Part shown: positions 20,717 to 29,875 of the stretch, piece by piece
Layout of the letters: the number at the start of each line of letters is the position of its first letter
How positions within the stretch are numbered: the first letter of the stretch is position 1
DNA from: Candidatus Levyibacteriota bacterium
Lineage (GTDB): Bacteria > Patescibacteriota > Microgenomatia > Levybacterales > UBA12049
Direction of reading: 5' to 3'
DNA: 64,000 nucleotides
Assembly: GCA_016432345.1 (NCBI GenBank)
Contig: CP066685.1
Span: 112,236-176,235 of the forward strand
Program-made: the position numbers and the translations under genes
The notes under the pieces: model-generated
What the model saw: only the letters and a program-made list of their open reading frames with translations
The model's database searches: none
Told to the model about the DNA's origin: nothing

Positions 20717-22033
20717 ATGGAATTTATTATTCAGTTGTTATCTGTTATTTTGTTAGTTTTACTTAACGGATATTTTGTGGCTTCTGAATTTGCCCTGGTT
20801 GCTGTTAGAAAGACGCGGATAGATGAATTAGTAAGAAAGGGTAATGCAACTGCAAAATTAGTGCAAAAAGCCTTAATTGATCTTGATAGTTTTATATCGG
20901 CGACACAACTGGGCATAACGCTGGCAAGTTTGGGTCTTGGATGGATTGGAGAGCCGGCAATCGCGCATTTTCTGGAACCTTATTTTGCGTTTTTACCAAA
21001 CAATGCTTCATTTCTTACTGCTCATGCAGTATCAATAATTATTGCTTTTACTATTATTACTTTTCTTCATATAGTGCTTGGCGAGTTAGCCCCAAAGACA
21101 ATTGCTCTTCAAAGAGCAGAAATAACGTCTTTGTTTATTATTGCCCCGTTAACTGTTTTTACCAAGATTTTTAGTCCTTTTATTTGGATTCTTAATGGAG
21201 CGGGCAGCATAGTGCTTAAGCTTTTTGGTTTTACCGCTCCAACCGGTCATCAACTTGTTCACTCGGAAGAGGAAATTAGAATGATACTTGCCCAAAGCGC
21301 CCAAAGTGGAGCTATTCCCAAAAAAGAAGTTGAGATGTTGTACAGCGTTTTTAGGCTTGGCGATATTCCAGTAAAGCAGATTATGGTTCCACGAACAGAT
21401 ATTGTCGCGTTTAATGTTTCGACATCTTTAAGAAAAATAATTAAACAGGTGAAGCTACATCCTCACAGTCGTTTTCCTGTTTATGAACATTCTATAGATA
21501 CAGTAATTGGTTTTGTACATATAAAAGATATATACAAGGAGGTTTTAAAATCAAAAAAAGAAAAGAGATTATCAGAAACAAAACTTGTCCGAGTAATCAT
21601 GGGTGTGCCTGAAACAAAAAGAATTGATGAGGTGCTTTTGGATATGCGAAAGAAACGAGTGCATATTGCAGTGGTTAATGACGAATATGGAGGGACTGCG
21701 GGAATGGTAACGCTTGAGGATATTCTTGAGAGTTTGGTTGGTGAAATACAGGATGAGTTTGAACAGCCGCTACGCGACATGCAAAAACAGAAAGACGGAA
21801 GCTATCTTGTTGATGGATTAACTGCTGTGGAAAAAGTACAAAGTAAATTTAATCTATCAATGAAGGGTCAGGGTTATACCACAATTGGAGGATTGGTTTT
21901 TGGATTGCTTGGGCGACAGCCAGAACAAGGTGATACGGTACAAATTGGCACCATTATTTTTCAGGTCGAAAAAACCGAAGGTAAAAGAATTAGCATGCTT
22001 CGATTAAAGAAAGAATCAAAAAAAAGCAGATAA
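20717..22033 (+). CDS. HlyC/CorC (CNNM-CBS-CorC) metal transporter
   Basis: FVASEFAL, QLGIT, GELAPK, MVPR, HSRFPV, DEYGGTAG, TIGGLV. Confidence 0.93.
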   Translation: MEFIIQLLSVILLVLLNGYFVASEFALVAVRKTRIDELVRKGNATAKLVQKALIDLDSFISATQLGITLASLGLGWIGEPAIAHFLEPYFAFLPNNASFLTAHAVSIIIAFTIITFLHIVLGELAPKTIALQRAEITSLFIIAPLTVFTKIFSPFIWILNGAGSIVLKLFGFTAPTGHQLVHSEEEIRMILAQSAQSGAIPKKEVEMLYSVFRLGDIPVKQIMVPRTDIVAFNVSTSLRKIIKQVKLHPHSRFPVYEHSIDTVIGFVHIKDIYKEVLKSKKEKRLSETKLVRVIMGVPETKRIDEVLLDMRKKRVHIAVVNDEYGGTAGMVTLEDILESLVGEIQDEFEQPLRDMQKQKDGSYLVDGLTAVEKVQSKFNLSMKGQGYTTIGGLVFGLLGRQPEQGDTVQIGTIIFQVEKTEGKRISMLRLKKESKKSR

Positions 22034-22058
22034 CCAGAAGATATGGTAGTATAAAATT

Positions 22059-22823
22059 ATGTCTACATTAGGCTACATTCTTATTTTTACATTTATAGGT
22101 AGTATTGGTGCGTTAGTTGGCGGTATGATACTACTTTCCTGGGAAAAACTTGCTATTAAAGTGTCGCATTTTTTGGCAAGTTTTGCAGCAGGCACATTAT
22201 TGGGCGCTGCTTTTTTCGATCTTCTGCCGGAGGCCATGCACGAAGGAGAAACTACAGAGGTAAATATATTTTTGTGGTCGCTTGTTGGTATTGTCTTTTT
22301 CTTTCTTCTTGAACGTTTTATTCATTGGTTCCATCATCACGAAGAGCATCACGAACACGAAAAAGAAGCAAAGACAACCATACCCCTTATTGTTATTAGT
22401 GATACGGTGCATAATTTTATCGATGGTGTTGTAATTGCCGCGACATTTTTAGTAAGTATTCCACTTGGGATAGTAACAACGTTTGCAGTTGCTGCTCATG
22501 AGATACCTCAAGAAATTGGCGATTTTGGTTTGTTACTTCATAAAGGTATGAAAAAGAAAAAAATTATAGTGGTAAATGTTGTTAGCGCTGCTGCGGCATT
22601 TGCCGGCGCAATATTAACTTATGTTATTGGTGACGTAATGGAAATGTATGTCCCGATATTTTTGTCTATAACCGCCGGGTTTTTTATGTATATTGCTTTG
22701 TCGGATTTGATTCCGGAAATACACTACGAAAAAAGAAAAGGCTTTGCCTTTTGGGAAAGCATATTGTTGGTATTAGGAATAGCAGTTGTTTGGCTTTCTG
22801 TTTCTTTTCTAGAGCATAGTTAA
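22059..22823 (+). CDS. ZIP-family divalent metal transporter
   Basis: LLPEA, His-rich loop, HNFIDG, HEIPQEIGD, DLIPE. Confidence 0.93.
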   Translation: MSTLGYILIFTFIGSIGALVGGMILLSWEKLAIKVSHFLASFAAGTLLGAAFFDLLPEAMHEGETTEVNIFLWSLVGIVFFFLLERFIHWFHHHEEHHEHEKEAKTTIPLIVISDTVHNFIDGVVIAATFLVSIPLGIVTTFAVAAHEIPQEIGDFGLLLHKGMKKKKIIVVNVVSAAAAFAGAILTYVIGDVMEMYVPIFLSITAGFFMYIALSDLIPEIHYEKRKGFAFWESILLVLGIAVVWLSVSFLEHS

Positions 22824-23030
22824 TCTATTCATTTTAAGTTTCTTCCAGCTTAGGTGTTCATAAACACTAGACCAAAGAAAACCTAGGCTTGCGGCAAAAA
22901 GCAGTTCTTCAAGGGGTATACCAAGAATAAGAAGACCTGAAATTGCTTTTAGATTCTAAACTTGCTCCACATAGCCCGGGAACATTACAATAAGTGTCAG
23001 AAAATACACAAAGTACAAGATAGTAAATAC
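22809..23030 (-). pseudogene. Truncated lycopene-cyclase-domain membrane protein with internal stop
   Basis: VFTILYFVYFLTLIVMFPGYVEQV*NLKAISGLLILGIPLEELLFAASLGFLWSSVYEH; TAG at 22956-22958 where Trp is expected; no start. Confidence 0.75.
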
Positions 23031-23107
23031 ATCTCTTTCTTTACATATCTTGTTATTAATGCAATAATATAATTATCTGATGAATTTTCTCAAAAGGAGG
23101 TGAAAAT

Positions 23108-23455
23108 ATGGCAAACAAAAATAATGGTGGGAGTAATCTCGTTGTTTATCTAGTAATAGCTGTTTTGATTGGTGGTTTAATTGGTTATCTTATTGGTCAA
23201 AATAACAGGCCGTTTTCCGGAAGCTATATGAATCAAACTGCTTCAATGATGAAAGATAGCGGTTCTACTATGATGCAAATGGGAAAAATGATGATGAGCG
23301 GTGGTCAAATGATGCAACAGAAGGGTCAAGGATATGGAGATTCGGAAATGATGCAACAAGGTAAAGATCTGGAGGAGAATGGCTCTATGATGCAAAATAA
23401 AGGCAACAGTGCACTTGAAAGAGGAAGCGGTATGATGCAGATGATGGGTCAATAA
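23108..23455 (+). CDS. Met/Gln-rich membrane-anchored protein
   Basis: N-terminal TM, repeated MMQ; strong AAGGAGGTGA ribosome-binding site upstream. Confidence 0.8.
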   Translation: MANKNNGGSNLVVYLVIAVLIGGLIGYLIGQNNRPFSGSYMNQTASMMKDSGSTMMQMGKMMMSGGQMMQQKGQGYGDSEMMQQGKDLEENGSMMQNKGNSALERGSGMMQMMGQ

Positions 23456-23685
23456 TTTTTCCTTGTCGTATACTATTTCCCAATGCCTTAGCTTTGGTTA
23501 AATAGTCAGTTCGATTAAAACTAGGAATAGAAGACAGTAGGATTTAATATACCAAGTTCAGCCTCAAGGGTGGCCTTAATAGCTTTATTTCAGCTATTAT
23601 ACTGTCGGAAATAGCCTCATTTTTACAGTTGACAATGTGAGTTATATTTGCTGGTATGTTGTAAAAGGAAGCCTGTTTTCTATTT

Positions 23686-24123
23686 TTAGACTGCGGCTTT
23701 CTTTTTATAAACTCTTTTTTTATTTGGTGCGGTAGCGACAGTTTCTTTTGATTGTTTATCTTCTTGAATTATTTGAGGCAAATGAGTTTTTGGTGTTATT
23801 TCAGTAATTTCGGTAACAGGTGTTAAAATTTTTAAAATTTTATCAAGTTTGGCATGTAATGCTACAAATTGTTCTTTATATAAAGGTTGTTCGGTAGTTT
23901 TGTTTTTGTCATCGTTTCTGTTGTCAAAATTGGACCTTCTATTATTTTGGAAACAGTCTCTACAAAAGATTGGTTTGCTGCCTGTTGGTTTAAAAGGAAC
24001 TTCACAGTCTTTTTTGCAGCTACTACATACTGTTTTGTGTAATTGTAGTCTGTTAAAGTCCCGACCTCCTTGTCCTGCATTACGTCTTCGACTAAATCTA
24101 TTGTTCATGTTAAAGTTTCCCAT
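23686..24123 (-). CDS. CxxC-x17-CxxC domain protein
   Basis: CSSC KKDCEVPFKPTGSKPIF CRDC. Confidence 0.88.
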   Translation of the reverse strand: MGNFNMNNRFSRRRNAGQGGRDFNRLQLHKTVCSSCKKDCEVPFKPTGSKPIFCRDCFQNNRRSNFDNRNDDKNKTTEQPLYKEQFVALHAKLDKILKILTPVTEITEITPKTHLPQIIQEDKQSKETVATAPNKKRVYKKKAAV

Positions 24124-24195
24124 AACACATTATAACACGAAGCCACAAATTTGTTAGACCAATTTTGTTTGACAAATGTATATCATTCTGTTTAA

Positions 24196-24795
24196 ATGAG
24201 TAGAGATATGAAATGGATCAATAGATTATATATTTTGTTTTTAGGTATTATTTTATCTATTACAACAGGATTTGGGGTTGCGGCATTTTATCCACAGCCT
24301 GTAGCTCCTGCATATCCTTCATCGCCCTATGCAAGTATAGTTCCACAAAGTTGTTATGCAACACCAGAAACTCAATCCTCCCCTGACTGTCAAAAAGCAT
24401 TACAAGGGCAGCAGGTTAAGCAAAAAGAAGACGAAGTAAAGCGACAGCAGTACAATAATGAATATAAAATATATCAAGAAAAAAATTCAAGTTATACACG
24501 TACAGCAATCTTTTTTGGCATTGTTATTGGAGCGATTTTTGCGATTATTGGACTTGGGTTAATAAAGAAATCAAAGTTAATTACAACAGGATTGTTGTTA
24601 GGAGGCGTATTAACAGCTATTTTAACAAGGCTTCTTATTGGACTTGCTTCTTTTGGAGCATCGGTTACAAGCACATCAAGTCCAGATTCACTAGCGTATG
24701 TAGAGTTTGGTATATTATTTATTCTTTCAGTGGCAGTAATAGTTGTTGGGTTATTTAATTTAAAAGACCATGATGAGTTTGTTAATTCACCATAG
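24196..24795 (+). CDS. Hypothetical membrane protein
   Basis: Four hydrophobic segments, extracytoplasmic loop with Cys pair. Confidence 0.75.
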   Translation: MSRDMKWINRLYILFLGIILSITTGFGVAAFYPQPVAPAYPSSPYASIVPQSCYATPETQSSPDCQKALQGQQVKQKEDEVKRQQYNNEYKIYQEKNSSYTRTAIFFGIVIGAIFAIIGLGLIKKSKLITTGLLLGGVLTAILTRLLIGLASFGASVTSTSSPDSLAYVEFGILFILSVAVIVVGLFNLKDHDEFVNSP

Positions 24796-24925
24796 CCTTC
24801 TATAGTAGTATAGAAATTTTCTATCCAGATTTCTGTAAAGGGGAAGATTACCCGCTACCCATTTTCGATCCAATTCATAAAATAAAGCTGAAATAGATTT
24901 TTACTTCTGATATACTACCAAAACT

Positions 24926-25681
24926 ATGAAGATACTCTCTTGGAATGTGTGGAGCGAGAATGTATCGATAACAAAAGCTATACGCTTTCTAAAAAAACAA
25001 AAAGCAGATATTATTTGTTTGCAGGAAGTTTCAAAAAAATTTTTGCAAAAATTAAAAAAACTTCCTAAATACCAGCTAGTTTGCGCAATTGATTTTTACT
25101 ACATAAAAAGTAAAAAAAGAAAGACTCCTTATTTTCTAGTCATGCTATCCAAAATTTCAATTGACACACATAAGGCGTTTCAGATTCCAACCGTGCAATA
25201 TGACTCAATTATTGCGCAAATCTTTGGCCTTGAAGAATGTATAGAAGGACAATACATAGACGTTATGTATAAAGACCAAAAGATCAGAATATTTAACGTT
25301 CATTTTCAATCCTATGTTCGGCCAAAAATTAGACTTAGACAATTTGAAAGTGTAATTCAGCAGTTTAATAATACGACACATAATATTGTTTGCGGCGATT
25401 TTAATACATTTGGATTTTGGCATTTTAATGTGGTGGTTGGGTGGATTTATAATTATTCCTGGGAAGAATTTTTTATGGATGAAAAAACACTGCTTGATGA
25501 AAGGCTTAAAAGATATAAACTTATTAATATATTTAATTGGGAAGTAACGTATCCTTGGCTTGGAGTGCAATTAGATTTTATATTAACGCAAAAAAATGCA
25601 AAAGTTCGCGGCAAACAAGTATTTCAAGAGACATTTGGATCAGATCATAGACCGATATTAGCAAATGTGCATATCACATAG
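24926..25681 (+). CDS. Endonuclease/exonuclease/phosphatase (EEP) family protein
   Basis: SWNV, CLQEV, NVH, GDFN, LDFI, SDHRP. Confidence 0.92.
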   Translation: MKILSWNVWSENVSITKAIRFLKKQKADIICLQEVSKKFLQKLKKLPKYQLVCAIDFYYIKSKKRKTPYFLVMLSKISIDTHKAFQIPTVQYDSIIAQIFGLEECIEGQYIDVMYKDQKIRIFNVHFQSYVRPKIRLRQFESVIQQFNNTTHNIVCGDFNTFGFWHFNVVVGWIYNYSWEEFFMDEKTLLDERLKRYKLINIFNWEVTYPWLGVQLDFILTQKNAKVRGKQVFQETFGSDHRPILANVHIT

Positions 25682-26246
25682 GAGATTGTTTTAATCTAAA
25701 TAGATATCCAATTCTTGTTGAGATAAGATGCAAGATAAACCATACAATAGTTAAAGTTATATACAAGTTGATAGGTAAGGGAATATAAAATACGGTAGTA
25801 ATTATTCCTCCAATAATATAATCAAGCTGGTCAAAAGGAAACCATAATTGCCCAGATGGAATACCCTTTTGTCTTTTAAAAAAGCTTTTTGTAGCGTCTC
25901 CGCCGAGTGCTCCAAGTCCACTTAATATCCCAAAAATCCATGAATTTATGGTTTCATAATTAATAAAAACAAAGGAGTGAATAAAAACAAATTTTGAATA
26001 GAGATATTTTTGTAAAAAAATAACTGCAATCGCAACAAGAATTCCTGTAATAAATCCTCTTATTGTTTTGTGGTTGTCAAATAGTCTTTTTCCACGAAAC
26101 AAAAGATAGCAGTCTAATGGGTATGACCAGTTTTTTAAGATGGGAATTTTGGCAACAAAAATCGGCGTGCAGTTGGCAAGGCCAGCCGGTAAAAAGAACC
26201 AGATTGCAAAGAGTATATCCTGTGGGATAGAATAAGCAAAAGACAT
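25674..26246 (-). CDS. CDP-archaeol synthase (CarS/DUF46)-like cytidylyltransferase
   Basis: LPAGLAN.TP, PLD, GKRLF..HKT.RG, GALGGD..KSFFKRQ.G, FPFDQLD. Confidence 0.85.
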   Translation of the reverse strand: MSFAYSIPQDILFAIWFFLPAGLANCTPIFVAKIPILKNWSYPLDCYLLFRGKRLFDNHKTIRGFITGILVAIAVIFLQKYLYSKFVFIHSFVFINYETINSWIFGILSGLGALGGDATKSFFKRQKGIPSGQLWFPFDQLDYIIGGIITTVFYIPLPINLYITLTIVWFILHLISTRIGYLFRLKQSPM

Positions 26247-26820
26247 GAATTACCTCCTTCGTATTATATCTTATCCATTTCTGGGAGTTAATCCTAATAT
26301 CATTACAGTAATTGGGCTACTTTTTAGCTTTATATTTTTTGTCCTCATGATTTTCCATATGTATGTATTAGCATTTTTTGCTATTTTTGCGTCAATATTT
26401 GATGCAGTTGATGGGTATGTGGCTCGAAAAACTGGCAGGGTGTCGCGTTTTGGCGGTTTTTTTGACGCCACATCTGATAGAATTGCTGATTTTTTATATA
26501 TCACAGCATTTGGTTATGCAGGAATCGCTGCATGGAAAATTGTTGTTTTTGTCCTTTTTACAACAATGCTTGTTAGTTATACACGCGCTCGAGCGGAAGC
26601 TGCGTTTTTAGGCAAGTTAAAATTTAATAATGGATTATTGCAAAGAGCAGGCCGTATATTTTTAATTGGATTATCTTTACTTCTTTTTCTTGTTTTTCCA
26701 AATATTTCCATATTTGGTTTTAATAGTGTGGCAGCAGCATTTTTGCTGGTGAGTTTTTTAAACGTAATTACAGTAATACAGCGGACTATTTTTACCTACA
26801 AAATGGCGTCTGGCAATTAA
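26245..26820 (+). CDS. CDP-alcohol phosphatidyltransferase
   Basis: PNIIT, DAVDG.VAR....SRFGGFFDATSDRIAD, SYTRARAE. Confidence 0.92.
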   Translation: MNYLLRIISYPFLGVNPNIITVIGLLFSFIFFVLMIFHMYVLAFFAIFASIFDAVDGYVARKTGRVSRFGGFFDATSDRIADFLYITAFGYAGIAAWKIVVFVLFTTMLVSYTRARAEAAFLGKLKFNNGLLQRAGRIFLIGLSLLLFLVFPNISIFGFNSVAAAFLLVSFLNVITVIQRTIFTYKMASGN

Positions 26821-27464
26821 TTAACAGAGAAAACAGTAAGTTTAAGAGCATCTTCATTATAGGCAAATCTAAAAACAACAGATTTGTTTTGGTTGTTTTT
26901 AATATATAGATTTTGCTTCGAATTTGCTCCAGTTTCTCCAGGGGCATTGTAAATAGATACGCCGTACTCACGAGGCACATCGGGAATTTCTCGGAAATCA
27001 TGATTTGTTGGTGCTACAGCCTCAAGTTTAGCTTCTTTGGCCGCCCAGTACATAAGTGAGGCTAAATGGCAGACTCCATCGCCAAACAGGTAGCCATCAG
27101 ATTTAAACCCTTCTTGGTAGTTAAAGTGAGCGTTTGATGTTTTTGCTACTTTCCCCTTATATTCAGTTAGTACATCGTCGTGGAAAGCAAACATTTCCCG
27201 AGGCTTTAAAGTAAATTCATAGGAGAAGGGTTTTTTTTCATCAATTAAGCCTGGCTTAGCTTCATTTTTCATATAGGCAATAGTAAGTAAAATATTGTCT
27301 TTAAATACCTTGTTTACCCAGGCATCCGGATAGCGGTTTTCAAGCGACATAGTGCGTTTTGCAAGCACGGCTTGCTGTAGTTGAGCTTGGGGGGGGCTAG
27401 CCACGTTAAGAAATACTGCTGAAGCTGTTGCGATAGAAGTGATCGTGTTAAATATGTTTTCCAT
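26817..27464 (-). CDS. VanW-family protein
   Basis: GDGVCHLAS, NH, NLYIKN. Confidence 0.75.
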   Translation of the reverse strand: MENIFNTITSIATASAVFLNVASPPQAQLQQAVLAKRTMSLENRYPDAWVNKVFKDNILLTIAYMKNEAKPGLIDEKKPFSYEFTLKPREMFAFHDDVLTEYKGKVAKTSNAHFNYQEGFKSDGYLFGDGVCHLASLMYWAAKEAKLEAVAPTNHDFREIPDVPREYGVSIYNAPGETGANSKQNLYIKNNQNKSVVFRFAYNEDALKLTVFSVN

Positions 27465-27565
27465 AAGTATTCAAAACAGAAGCAGGAGTATACCATACTA
27501 TAAGATAAAAGTCAATGGTAATGTATTGACAAGCAATAACAAATCTACTATCTTTAAATTTTAGT

Positions 27566-27985
27566 ATGATATTTTTTTTCAAAAAGCTATATAAACTTTT
27601 TCCTTCACAAACTGTTTATGCCCATTGTGATGTACCGTGCGGTATTTACGATCCAAAAGCAGCGCAGGTGGCAGCGGCAACGGTTTTAAAAATGGTGCAA
27701 AAGTTGCAAGAATATGCGCCGGATGATTTTAATAATCGCGTGCGAGCAGTATGGACAAAAGAAGAGCATGCGAGAAAATGTAAAGAAGAACTGCTTATTT
27801 TATGGACCGATTATTTTAAGCCCGAGCACCTGGAAAAATTTCCGAGTATCCACGATATATTTTGGAAAGCGGCAAAGTTGTGCAGTAAAAATAAGCAATC
27901 TGTTGATATGCAAACAGCAAAAGATTTGGTAAAAGCAGTTGATGAAATTGCCGATATCTTCCAAAAAAGTAAATCCTCAAAATGA
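27566..27985 (+). CDS. sodN: Nickel superoxide dismutase precursor
   Basis: Leader then Ni-hook HCDVPCGIYDP; KEEHA; LWTDYFKP. Confidence 0.96.
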   Translation: MIFFFKKLYKLFPSQTVYAHCDVPCGIYDPKAAQVAAATVLKMVQKLQEYAPDDFNNRVRAVWTKEEHARKCKEELLILWTDYFKPEHLEKFPSIHDIFWKAAKLCSKNKQSVDMQTAKDLVKAVDEIADIFQKSKSSK

Positions 27986-28272
27986 TTTTCCTCAACAAGT
28001 TTGTGGTTTCTGGTCATAGCATGGAGCCAACTATACTTGCAGGTACAACACTTTTAGTTAGTTCAATCCCATATTTCTTTAAAGAGCCAAAAGTTGGAGA
28101 TATCGTTGTTTTTAAGAGACTTAGAAAGACGTTTGTAAAACGAATTAAAAAAAAAGAGAAACAACAATATTTTCTTGCAGGCGATAACATAAGTGATAGT
28201 CTAGATAGTAGAAAATTAGGTTGGGTTAGAAGAGATGATATTTTAGGAAAATTATTATGGACATTATCTTAA
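27982..28272 (+). CDS. sodX: Ni-SOD maturation peptidase (S26 family)
   Basis: GHSMEPT, VKR, GDN..SLDSR; ATGA-coupled to sodN. Confidence 0.88.
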   Translation: MIFLNKFVVSGHSMEPTILAGTTLLVSSIPYFFKEPKVGDIVVFKRLRKTFVKRIKKKEKQQYFLAGDNISDSLDSRKLGWVRRDDILGKLLWTLS

Positions 28273-28784
28273 TAAATATAATTTTGTTAATAGTAATTAT
28301 TTTTTTACTTATCGTCTTGTCCTGGGTTTGGCCGCCGGATAGCCCGTGGGCGCCGTGGTGGAAGACATCAAAAGAAAAGTCGCGGGCTATTTGCAGGTTG
28401 GCAAACGTCTCCTCGAAAGACATTGTGTACGAGCTTGGGTCGGGAAATGGTACAACACTTATTGTTGCTGCGAAAGAATTTGGAGCAAAGGGAATAGGAA
28501 TAGAAATTGACCCTTTGCGGGTTTTGGTATCAAAGATTAAAATTTGGCAAGAAGAATTGACAGACAAAATTACGATAAAGCGAAAAAATTTCTTTGATGA
28601 GGATTTGTCAAAAGCAACAGTAGTTTATGTGTATCTGGTGCCAAAAGCACTGGAAAGACTAAAGCCAAAGTTACTAAAAGAATTAAAAAAAGGAACAAGA
28701 CTTGTGAGTCTAAATTACGAAATTAGTCTGCCACTTACAAAGTTTGACAAAAAAAACAACCTCCGACTCTACAAAATTTCTTAA
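28257..28784 (+). CDS. Membrane-anchored class I SAM methyltransferase
   Basis: APWW.T, ELGSGNG, GIEIDP, ATVVYVYL. Confidence 0.85.
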   Translation: MDIILINIILLIVIIFLLIVLSWVWPPDSPWAPWWKTSKEKSRAICRLANVSSKDIVYELGSGNGTTLIVAAKEFGAKGIGIEIDPLRVLVSKIKIWQEELTDKITIKRKNFFDEDLSKATVVYVYLVPKALERLKPKLLKELKKGTRLVSLNYEISLPLTKFDKKNNLRLYKIS

Positions 28785-29152
28785 AGTTTTTCTCCAGTAA
28801 GAAACATATAGGCAAAATATCCTACTGACATAATCGCAAAAATTATCCAGGAGTACTTATTTGCTTCGCTGGCTTTTTTAGGAAACTTATTCTTCAAACT
28901 ATAATAATAAAAAGCACCCGCAATAACTGGTGTAGTAATTTCAGTTATCATCACTCGAGTTTTTTCGCTTTCTGTTAATGATGAACTATTGCCACTTCCT
29001 CTTAAAATTTTATTGATTGAATCATTAGTAAACCATAAGCCTACTAATCCAGCGACATTTAAAGCCAGATATAAATAGTCCCCATCTGTAAAACTAAAGA
29101 AAGCACCCGATGCTGCAATAATCATAAAAATAATAAAAAAGATTGTACGCAT
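28781..29152 (-). CDS. Hypothetical membrane protein
   Basis: Hydrophobic segments; GGAGG upstream. Confidence 0.7.
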   Translation of the reverse strand: MRTIFFIIFMIIAASGAFFSFTDGDYLYLALNVAGLVGLWFTNDSINKILRGSGNSSSLTESEKTRVMITEITTPVIAGAFYYYSLKNKFPKKASEANKYSWIIFAIMSVGYFAYMFLTGEKL

Positions 29153-29172
29153 ATTAAATTATTACCTCCTTT

Positions 29173-29703
29173 TCATAGTCCCGTATTTCTTGCTTTTTGG
29201 GATTTACTAATTAACTCTTCTCTTATTTCTTCTGCTTCTTGTGGGGATACACCATTTAAATCGGTGCCTTCCGTTCCTGCGGTTTCTACATATAGACTAG
29301 ATAACCCTAACATACGTTCGAATGGACCTCGTTGAATGGTAACATCTTGAATACGACTATATGGTATTGTGATATATTCTTTCCAAATGACACCAGATTC
29401 TTTTTTTAATCCTACCTCATCTAATTTATATTTGTAATTTCGGTATGCAAGTTGAGCCTGAATAAAACTAAGTACTACTAATGGTACTATTAGTGTCCAA
29501 AACCAGTTTGCCATTCCAAAAATAAATATTTTTGCTATTAAAGGTAAATCTGATCTAGATGCTGCTTCACTTAATTCAGATAAGCTGATATCAGATATAA
29601 AGAATCTTATTCCAAGAAAAACAGCCATAATAAGAAGAAAACTCACTACTCCCAAAGAATTAAATAAGAATAACCACGATGCTTTTGGATTTAATTTTTT
29701 CAT
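29173..29703 (-). CDS. Bacterial PH-domain (YdbS-like) membrane protein
   Basis: SGVI.....IPYSRIQDV...GP.ER.LGL...VETAG; start likely ATG 29703. Confidence 0.85.
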   Translation of the reverse strand: MKKLNPKASWLFLFNSLGVVSFLLIMAVFLGIRFFISDISLSELSEAASRSDLPLIAKIFIFGMANWFWTLIVPLVVLSFIQAQLAYRNYKYKLDEVGLKKESGVIWKEYITIPYSRIQDVTIQRGPFERMLGLSSLYVETAGTEGTDLNGVSPQEAEEIREELISKSQKARNTGL

Positions 29704-29746
29704 TATTGTTTTGTCATCCCGACCCAAAGAAATAAGTACATGTATA

Positions 29747-29875
29747 TTATTTTGGTGACTTTTTAGAGCGATTGTTGAGTGATGGATATACGAGAATAGC
29801 AAGAGCAAGCAAAAGTATTGCTCCAATAAGAAAAAACTGCATGAGTCCTTGTGAAACTGTTTCTGGTGTAATCAT
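29747..29875 (-). CDS. 42-aa single-TM peptide (below ORF-track cutoff)
   Basis: MITPETVSQGLMQFFLIGAILLLALAILVYPSLNNRSKKSPK; ATGA overlap with preceding stop. Confidence 0.6.
   Translation of the reverse strand: MITPETVSQGLMQFFLIGAILLLALAILVYPSLNNRSKKSPK

Noticed and set aside
22956..22958. In-frame TAG as stop-codon reassignment
   Set aside because: TAG and TGA terminate normal genes here (e.g. dnaG TAG, groEL TGA) and the fragment also lacks its 5' part, so a pseudogene is simpler
23470..23680. Unassigned spacer, possible ncRNA or gene remnant
   Set aside because: No convincing frame or structure found by eye
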